A stretch of DNA of 5,987 nt, counting the filler, from an uncultured virus (IMG/VR IMGVR_UViG_2061766007_001614) (Duplodnaviria > Heunggongvirae > Uroviricota > Caudoviricetes). It is 3 parts of one record of this genome, joined end to end, with 100 filler letters (N's around TTAATTAATTAA, not from the genome) between each part and the next. Parts side by side here need not be neighbours in the genome. Positions count along the whole stretch, not along the records: positions 1 to 3,913 come from IMGVR_UViG_2061766007_001614; positions 4,014 to 5,459 come from IMGVR_UViG_2061766007_001614; positions 5,560 to 5,987 come from IMGVR_UViG_2061766007_001614. One strand, written 5' to 3'. The notes under the pieces were generated by a model. It was not told the DNA's origin. It ran no database searches and saw only the letters and a list, made by a program, of their open reading frames with translations. The translations under genes and the position numbers were made by a program. Below are positions 1 through 5,987 of the stretch, piece by piece; the stretch's first letter is position 1; every line of letters begins with the position of its first letter.

Positions 1-615
1 ACATTTGTCAGGGAGTATGCGAACATTCGCGAGGTCTATGATATTACTGGATACGACAGTAATGTAATTATTAGATGTTGTAAAGGTCAGCTTATACATG
101 CGCACGACTATTGTTGGGCATTTAAAAAGGATGTTCCTGATGTAAATAAATTCGAACCACGGCGTAAGTTTACAAATACCACAAAGCAGCTTAAAAAGAT
201 AGCACAGCTAGATTTACAAGGGAATCTAATATCTGTTTATGATTCCGCTGCAGCAGCCGCTAAAAAGTTATGTATAAAGGCAAACGTTGTAAGAGAATGC
301 TGTAAACATAATAAACGCAGCTATTTGGGATTCCAATGGTTTTACTTGTCTGAGTACAAACAATTAGTGCATAAACCCAAATGCAAAGCAAATCACAATG
401 CAGGAATAGCTATTTATCAATTAGACAAGAAAAACAATGTTCTTAAAAAATACCCATCAATACAAAAAGCTGCTTCAGCGATTGGAATGTCTGAATATGT
501 ATTAGCAAAGATTATCTATGGATTAGTAGATAACACTACTGAATACAACTGGTGCAAAGTGAGTGATTATTCTGATATTTCTACTCTTGCTGAAGAATCA
601 ACAAATAATAAATGA
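1..615 (+). CDS. NUMOD1/IENR1 repeat DNA-binding protein, probably the C-terminal part of a homing endonuclease (5'-partial)
   Basis: Frame +1 is open from base 1 to TGA at 613-615, extending the listed 325..615 ORF. The translation holds three similar units: FVREYANIREVYDITGYDSNVIIRCCKG..HAHDYCWAF, IAQLDLQGNLISVYDSAAAAAKKLCIKANVVRECCKHNKRSYLGFQWFY and IYQLDKKNNVLKKYPSIQKAASAIGMSEYVLAKII..TEYNW. These match the NUMOD1 pattern QxDxxGNxIxxYxSxxxAA...CC...GxxW. No catalytic domain is visible in the window. Confidence 0.8.
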   Translation, partial: TFVREYANIREVYDITGYDSNVIIRCCKGQLIHAHDYCWAFKKDVPDVNKFEPRRKFTNTTKQLKKIAQLDLQGNLISVYDSAAAAAKKLCIKANVVRECCKHNKRSYLGFQWFYLSEYKQLVHKPKCKANHNAGIAIYQLDKKNNVLKKYPSIQKAASAIGMSEYVLAKIIYGLVDNTTEYNWCKVSDYSDISTLAEESTNNK

Positions 616-617
616 GT

Positions 618-625
618 AAAAGGAG
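618..625 (+). promoter_or_regulatory. Shine-Dalgarno site for the 632 CDS
   Basis: AAAAGGAG ends 6 nt upstream of ATG 632. Confidence 0.75.
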
Positions 626-631
626 TTCTTT

Positions 632-1326
632 ATGACAATAGAAAAGTTTATAGAAGAATACGAATGGGCCAAAAGGANNNNNNNNNNNNNNNNNNNNNNN
701 NNNNNNNNNNNNNNNNNATACATGCCTTACGCAGAAAAATGCGCACTTGTCAAGAGTGTCCTTGATAATACCTCCTATGTTGATATTGCCGGTAAGAAAA
801 CATATAGGCGTAATACGGCAGGGATNNNNNNNNNNNNNNNNNNNNNNNNNNNNNNNNNNNNNNNNNNNNNNNNNNNNNNNNNNNNNNNNNNNNNNNNNNN
901 NNNNNNNNNNNNNNNNNNNNNNNNNNNNNNNNNNNNNNNNNNNNNNNNNNNNNNNNNNNNNNNNNNNNNNNNNNNNNNNNNNNNNNNNNNNNNNNNNNNN
1001 NNNNNNNNNNNNNNNNNNNNNNNNNNNNNNNNNNNNNNNNNNNNNNNNNNNNNNNNNNNNNNNNNNNNNNNNNNNNNNNNNNNNNNNNNNNNNNNNNNNN
1101 NNNNNNNNNNNNNNNNNNNNNNNNNNNNNNNNNNNNNNNNNNNNNNNNNNNNNGGATTCTGAGAGGAATGCTTGATATGCAGAGAGATGACGAGGAAGTA
1201 AACACCCGCTCTCTTATCTCCTTCTTCGAGACAAAGACAGAGGCATTCCAGATGGCTCTGGATGGACTTGGCAAAGCGCTTGAGAAACCGGAGATCCAGG
1301 CAAAGATATCAGAATTTGCAAAGTAA
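632..1326 (+). CDS. Hypothetical phage protein, possibly a tail assembly chaperone by position (gapped)
   Basis: It has an RBS and starts MTIEKFIEEYEWAKR...YMPYAEKCALVKSVLDNTSY. After the 826-1153 gap an open frame reads ILRGMLDMQRDDEEVNTRSLISFFETKTEAFQMALDGLGKALEKPEIQAKISEFAK and ends at TAA 1324-1326. The frame change across the gap is attributed to inexact N length. The function is inferred from position only. Confidence 0.6.
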
Positions 1327-1383
1327 CNNNNNNNNNNNNNNNNNNNNAAGCTAGCTGGAGTAATCAGAAAGGAGGAAAGATTC

Positions 1384-2060
1384 ATGGCGAAGGCAATGAC
1401 GTTTGAAGAATTTCGTATCGACATAGAGAATAGATTTAACATGGCTCTGGCGGACATGGCTGCAGAAACCACATTTGCCATAGAGTATGCTTATGAAAGT
1501 GTTGTCCAAAGCTTTTACGATGAATATACTCCTAATTATTATGACAGGACTTATAGTACGTATGAAGCGTCCAACAGAGCGGATGATCCATTCGGCTATA
1601 CTCCTATCGGAAATAATGTGTTCGAAGCCGGTATTGATGTTGACCATGAAAACATCCCAGGGAATCCGTATAGAGCAGACAAGCATTGGGTTTTCACAAG
1701 GACATTCAATGAAGGTATACACGGCTTCTTTAAGACGGAAATGCAGCAATGGAAACAAAACTATTTTAGGAGGAATGCTGCTAATCTTATATTTAATAAG
1801 AAAAAAACTGCAGCTATGAAGAAATTTTTTAATAGTGCAACGGGTAAATCCTCAAAGCGATATAAAGGAATAACAAAAGAATCGATAGTTAGTATTGTGT
1901 CACAGGAGTCAAATGTGACNNNNNNNNNNNNNNNNNNNNNNNNNNNNNNNNNNNATCCTCTCCACGTGTGATGATGGATAAAGCCTTCAAAGAAATCACG
2001 GCCAGGAAGAACATGGATGCAAAGTTTCAGCAGATATTCCAAAAGTATTTTAGCAATTGA
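1384..2060 (+). CDS. Hypothetical phage tail-region protein (gapped)
   Basis: RBS AAAGGAGG (1368-1375) precedes ATG 1384. The protein contains FYDEYTPNYYDRTY and VFTRTFNEGIHG. After the 1920-1954 gap another frame continues PSPRVMMDKAFKEITARKNMDAKFQQIFQKYFSN to TGA 2058-2060, a more plausible C-terminus than the listed 1971 stop. Confidence 0.7.
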
Positions 2061-2085
2061 AATACATTTTGGCATGTGATAAGAT
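2057..2085 (+). promoter_or_regulatory. Putative sigma70/sigmaA promoter with extended -10
   Basis: TTGAAA (2057-2062), a 17-nt spacer and TAAGAT (2080-2085), with TG at 2077-2078 giving the TGn extended -10. It lies just upstream of RBS AAGGAGG (2094-2100). Confidence 0.55.
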
Positions 2086-2109
2086 TTTACTCCAAGGAGG
2101 CAAAAGGTT

Positions 2110-2319
2110 ATGAAGTATTATAAGATACAGTTCGCTCCATATGNNNNNNNNNNNNNNNNNNNNNNTGGTGAATTTTCCTTAGTTGGAATGAATGCGGGGA
2201 TGTTTTTTTCTGAAGATCAGATTGAAAACAATGAAAAGCTAAAGCAGTTTTTAACAGATAAAGAATACCAAATACACTTACAAGAAAAAGTTTATGATGT
2301 GTTGAGGTTCAGAGGATAA
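2110..2319 (+). CDS. Small hypothetical protein (about 69 aa), moron-like
   Basis: A strong RBS AAGGAGG at 2094-2100 precedes ATG 2110, and the stop is TAA 2317-2319. The frame stays open across the short gap. No recognisable family. Confidence 0.65.
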   Translation: MKYYKIQFAPYXXXXXXXXGEFSLVGMNAGMFFSEDQIENNEKLKQFLTDKEYQIHLQEKVYDVLRFRG

Positions 2320-2321
2320 GA

Positions 2322-2341
2322 GAGTGGTTATCATACCATTC
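2322..2341 (+). terminator. Probable intrinsic terminator hairpin, truncated by a gap
   Basis: GAGTGGT-TATCAT-ACCATTC forms a 7-bp stem with one G-U pair, directly after the 2319 stop. A U-tract would fall in the N gap, so it is unseen. Confidence 0.4.
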
Positions 2342-2387
2342 NNNNNNNNNNNNNNNNNNNNNNNNNNNNNNNNNNNNNNNNNNNNNT

Positions 2388-5300
2388 ATTGCAAAGATAA
2401 AAGGCGACACTTCTCAACTCGAAAAAGCGCTAAAAAATGCACAAGGCAGTATGAATAAACTGTCTGAAGATGAAGTACTTATTAAGCTTAATTATGATGG
2501 TAACATCAAAGGCTTTAATAAAACTTTTGATTCAATCTTAANNNNNNNNNNNNNNNNNNNNNNNNNNAAGATTCTGGAACAAGAATTGAATAAGCTTAAC
2601 ACTTTAAATGACTTTAAGTTAGATGTTGATTCTGAAACTATGCAGAAAAAGATAAAAAACATGGTTTCGGAGATCAAGTCTAGCTTCAAAGAAGGGTCAA
2701 TCTCTGAGGACGAGTTTATCCAGAAGATAAAATATCTTTACAAGTATATCAATACTGCTGATGAGTTGGGCTTTGAAATAGACTCATCTCAGATTAAAAA
2801 TGCTTTTAAGGATATGACTCAATATGCCGATTTAATAAACAAACTATCAAAGAGTAAACAAACGTTATTCCCTATTGATGATAATGGCGTCGAGGGAANN
2901 NNNNNNNNGTTGAAGAGCTGAAGTCTGTCCTTGATTCCTTGAGAAGCAAAGGTGCTTCTGAACTTGGTTCGTCAAGTGAAGCGTCCCGTTTAGAAGACGA
3001 AATAAAAATTATAAACGAGCACATCCGTGATCTCCAAGAACAGNNNNNNNNNNNNNNNNNNNNNNNNNNNNNNNNNNNNNNNNNTGTCGAAGACCTGAAT
3101 GAAAAGCTTGAAGCAACAATCAAAAAGATAAAGGAAATACGCTCTCCCGATGAAGAAAGTTTAGGCGACAGATTAAGGGAATGGCAACAACAAGGATATA
3201 CTGACAGAGAACATGCTGTTGGTTTTAACTCTAAAACAAAACAATCTTTAACAGAAACAATTCTGGGAACAAAAGAATCCGTAAGCGGGACGCTCGTAGA
3301 AGAAGCTGCTAAAGAAGTTGTAGGTACAGTTGACTCGATATTACATACTCATCCTTATGATATTGCAGCCGCTTCAGACGATGATCTTGAAACATGGTTC
3401 AAGCAGGCTCAAAGAGGAATTTATAATCAGTACGTCATGTCATTAAAAGAGACTATGACGCTTGACATGTCCGCTATTAGGGCTGATCGTTCTGATGATA
3501 TTCTTTCTGAAGTAAGAGCTGAATATGCCAAAATTGATAATGAGTTTACTGATAACTATGTAAATCATCATATCAAAGAAGTCCNNNNNNNNNNNNNNNN
3601 NNNNTAGATGGAGTTACCACTTCTAGCCCCGTGGTGTCAGATATAATTACAGATGTAAAAAAAAGATTCAATAAGATCTTTGATGAACATAAGGACGGTC
3701 TAACATTTACTGACTATATTGATGAAGTAGACGGAGCTTTAGATGATGCATTAAAGCAGTCATCCTATTATGGCTCTTTGTCTAAAGAAAATATAAAAGC
3801 GCTAGTAAACAACCTCTCTGAAGTTGGCAGGGCAATAACAGCTCCAGTATCTAATGCTATGACGGAAGAGGCCCAAAGCAGATATCAGCAGATACTTATG
3901 GATGTCTTCAAGANNNNNNNNNNNNNNNNNNNNNNNNNNNNNNNNNNNNNNNNNNNNTTAATTAATTAANNNNNNNNNNNNNNNNNNNNNNNNNNNNNNN
4001 NNNNNNNNNNNNNATAGATGAAGCAGCTGATAGCATAAAGGAAGAAGGAAAAGCCGCTAAGGAAAGCGCACAACAAAAAGATAAATTTACCAAGGCGAAC
4101 AAAGAAGCTGCTAAGTCTGGGAAAGAAACAGCTGAGGGCGCTAAGAAAGCTGCCGAAGCAGTTAAGGAAGAGGCAAACGCATTTAAGGAAAATGCTGATC
4201 TTTCCAAGTGGCTTACGGATATACAAAGCGGAACTAATACCATTGAGTTTGGCGTTGCCATCGATAAAGAAATGGCCGAGGCTGAACTTAAGAGAATTGC
4301 CCCAGCTCTAGCTGACGAGTTNNNNNNNNNNNNNNNNNNNNNNNNNNNNNNGAAGCCAAGTCGTTAAAGCTTATAAGTCGGCTTTAAAAGAGCGACAGGC
4401 TGCTGAGGAAGCCGAGCTTCAAGAGCATCTTGGTATGATGGAAGAACGTACCCAGAAAGATAATGAAGCCTTTAGAGAACAGATTAGTAATTGGCAGNNN
4501 NNNNNNNNNNNNNNNNNNNNNNNNNAAAGGAAGGAAGCTGAAGAACTCGCACAGCAAAAGCGTCAAGACGTAGCTGATATGTATAAGGCTGAAGATCTTG
4601 AATACTATGACAAGCGTAATAAATATATTGAAGTTGGTATTCAGCAGGAAAAAGAAGCTGCACGTGCTGCAGAAGAAACAGCTGCTGAGTATGAGAAAAT
4701 CTTCTTTGACAGAGACGGCAACCTTAATGCTACCATTGACACNNNNNNNNNNNNNNNNNNNNNNNNNNNNNNNNNNNNNNNNNNNNNNNNNNNNNNNNNN
4801 NNNNNNNNNNNNNNNNNNNNNNNNNNNNNNNNNNNNNNNNNNNNNNNNNNNNNNNNNNNNNNNNNNNNNNNNNNNNNNNNNNNNNNNNNNNNCGACGCAG
4901 AAGCAACACAGGTATCTAGGGAAAATGAACTTCTAGCCGTTCATCAGAAAAGAAATGAAGTGCTTAGAGAAATACAACAGCACCAGGAACTCAAAGCACG
5001 TGATGATATGACCTCTCAGGTTGGGAAATGGACTAGTCAGATTGAAGCGCTACAAAAGANNNNNNNNNNTTCGACAAAGAGCAATGGGTGTTAATGCTCA
5101 GTTAATTGCCCAGTATCTGTCATGGCAGGACATGATAAGATATGCTCGGCAGGCTATCGAAGTAATCAGGGATCTTGACTATGCATTAGTAGACCTTAAG
5201 AAGACGACAACCATGACATCCGGCGAACTCAAGNNNNNNNNNNNNNNNNNNNNNTGCTAAGCAGACAGGTGTCACCACTGAAGAAATTATCAATCAGGCT

Positions 5301-5459
5301 GCGGCCTGGTCGAGGCTAGGTTATTCAAGCAAAGAAGCGGCTACAGAAATGGCTGCACTTTCATCTCAGTTCGCACAGATATCACCAGGTATGAGTGTTG
5401 AAACGGCGACGGATGGGCTTGTTTCGGTTATGAAGGCCTTCCACGTTGATGTGGCAGAC
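2388..5459 (+). CDS. Phage tail tape measure protein (start hidden in gap 2342-2386; gapped; 3'-partial)
   Basis: Every sequenced segment has an open + frame. The N-terminal region reads IAKIKGDTSQLEKALKNAQGSMNKL and is followed by long E/K/A-rich helical stretches. The 5072-5459 segments read QYLSWQDMIRYARQAIEVIRDLDYALVDLKKTTTMTSGELK...AKQTGVTTEEIINQAAAWSRLGYSSKEAATEMAALSSQFAQISPGMSVETATDGLVSVMKAFHVDVAD, typical of the TP901-family/PhageMin_Tail tape measure core. Continuity across the gaps, especially the 3914-4013 spacer, is inferred. Confidence 0.8.
3170..3475 (+). other. JAB/MPN+ (JAMM) metalloprotease-like domain within the long tail ORF
   Basis: Glu at 3209-3211 (DREHAVGF) is followed by HTHPYDIAAASDDD at 3344-3385, an exact match to E-xn-H-x-H-x7-S-x2-D. 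Domain boundaries are approximate. Confidence 0.7.
3914..4013. other. Artificial scaffold spacer
   Basis: 44 N + TTAATTAATTAA (3958-3969, stops in all six frames) + 44 N totals exactly 100 nt. Confidence 0.95.
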
Positions 5460-5559
5460 NNNNNNNNNNNNNNNNNNNNNNNNNNNNNNNNNNNNNNNNN
5501 NNNTTAATTAATTAANNNNNNNNNNNNNNNNNNNNNNNNNNNNNNNNNNNNNNNNNNNN
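5460..5559. other. Artificial scaffold spacer
   Basis: 44 N + TTAATTAATTAA (5504-5515) + 44 N totals exactly 100 nt, identical to the first spacer. Confidence 0.95.
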
Positions 5560-5560
5560 T

Positions 5561-5830
5561 GATTGTAAAAGTGATCGAAACTATGCCCTTCACTTTGATT
5601 TTGCACTTATTAAAGATGGCAAAGCGTCGCATATCATTGAGTATGATGGTCTTCAGCATTTTGTCCCGATTAGAAATTTTGGCGGAAAAGAAAATTTTAA
5701 GAAGAATCAAAGACGTGATGCTATTAAGAATGATTACTGCAAGAAAAATGGAATCCCATTAACAAGGTTTAATTACACACAGTCACAAGAAGAAATCATT
5801 AAAGGTTTAATGAGTATAATAAATCCGTAA
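5561..5830 (+). CDS. Intron-encoded Vsr/DUF559-like (EDxHD-type) endonuclease, C-terminal part (5'-partial)
   Basis: This frame is absent from the ORF track because it has no start codon near its 5' end. It reads DCKSDRNYALHFDFALIKDGKASHIIEYDGLQHFVPIRNFGGKENFKKNQRRDAIKNDYCKKNGIPLTRFNYTQSQEEIIKGLMSIINP*. The motifs FDF...IEYDGxQH...RDxxKxxYCxxNGIxLxR are characteristic of this nuclease family. Confidence 0.85.
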   Translation, partial: DCKSDRNYALHFDFALIKDGKASHIIEYDGLQHFVPIRNFGGKENFKKNQRRDAIKNDYCKKNGIPLTRFNYTQSQEEIIKGLMSIINP

Positions 5831-5987
5831 CGACTACAGGACTTCCATAGTAATATGGTTGTTGAAGTTGCTCCCCTACTCTATTGCGTAGGGTGAATAT
5901 ATAGTCTGGACTCACACTATAATCTAGATATGAAATGTGAGAGGTAGGAAGAAATTCCTATCCGCCATAAATAATATGGTCAGTAGG
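5825..5987 (+). ncRNA. Group I self-splicing intron, 3' half of the catalytic core (partial)
   Basis: The R-like element is CCGTAACGACTA (5825-5836) and the S-like element is TGAATATATAGTCT (5894-5907). P7 is GACTA 5832-5836 / TAGTC 5902-5906 plus A5830-T5907 with bulged C5831. A P7.1 hairpin CCATA-GTAA-TATGG lies at 5845-5858, and P8 is CCCTAC 5874-5879 / GTAGGG 5888-5893. P9 is CTCACA 5911-5916 / TGTGAG 5936-5941, followed by TAGGAA-GAAA-TTCCTA (5945-5960) and GCCATA / TATGGT (5964-5980). Confidence 0.85.

Noticed and set aside
1798..1832. A7 and T6 runs as a programmed -1 frameshift site of a tail chaperone
   Set aside because: The A-run does not form an in-frame X XXY YYZ heptamer, the site is mid-gene, and such runs are expected in AT-rich DNA.
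750..2075. Minus-strand ORFs 750..1481, 1351..1758 and 1761..2075, and + ORFs 747..1175 and 1487..1819
   Set aside because: They are shadows of RBS-supported + strand genes, several are inflated by N runs, and they have no recognisable motifs.
3958..3969. Palindromic TTAATTAATTAA repeated at 5504-5515 as a biological repeat or binding site
   Set aside because: It is centred in identical 44-N flanks and encodes stops in all six frames, so it is an assembly linker.
2492..4936. Minus-strand ORFs (2492, 2872, 3962, 3966, 4384) and + ORF 4598..4936
   Set aside because: They are antisense or off-frame shadows of the E/K/A-rich tape measure frame. The S/F/L-rich composition of the minus-strand ORFs is what such antisense reading produces.
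2388..5459. Pseudogene or multiple-gene interpretation of the fragmented long ORF
   Set aside because: All frame changes coincide with N gaps, and each sequenced segment has a stop-free + frame.
5504..5762. Listed ORFs 5571..5762 (+) and 5504..5710 (-)
   Set aside because: The overlapping frame 5561..5830 carries clear nuclease motifs and is the credible coding frame.
5943..5980. Hairpins at the window end as rho-independent terminators
   Set aside because: They have no U-tract, and their position after P7 and the GAAA tetraloop fit group I intron P9 extensions.

Overview
This window looks like part of the tail morphogenesis module of a large AT-rich tailed phage or prophage, probably Firmicutes-infecting given the strong GGAGG RBSs. 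All credible genes are on the + strand. The assembly is heavily gapped, with many N runs and two artificial 100-nt spacers (44 N + TTAATTAATTAA + 44 N). In order it contains: the 3' part of a protein with three NUMOD1/IENR1-like repeats (1-615); two hypothetical tail-region genes (632-1326, 1384-2060); a small ORF with its own sigma70-like promoter, RBS and probable terminator (2057-2341); and a very long tape measure protein gene (from about 2388 to beyond 5459). That gene carries an embedded complete JAMM/MPN+ metalloprotease motif and a PhageMin_Tail-like core. After the last spacer come the C-terminus of a Vsr/DUF559-like (EDxHD-type) endonuclease and the 3' half of a group I intron core (P7, P7.1, P8, P9-P9.2). 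The intron most plausibly interrupts the tape measure gene. All calls come from reading and translating the sequence by eye; no database searches were run.
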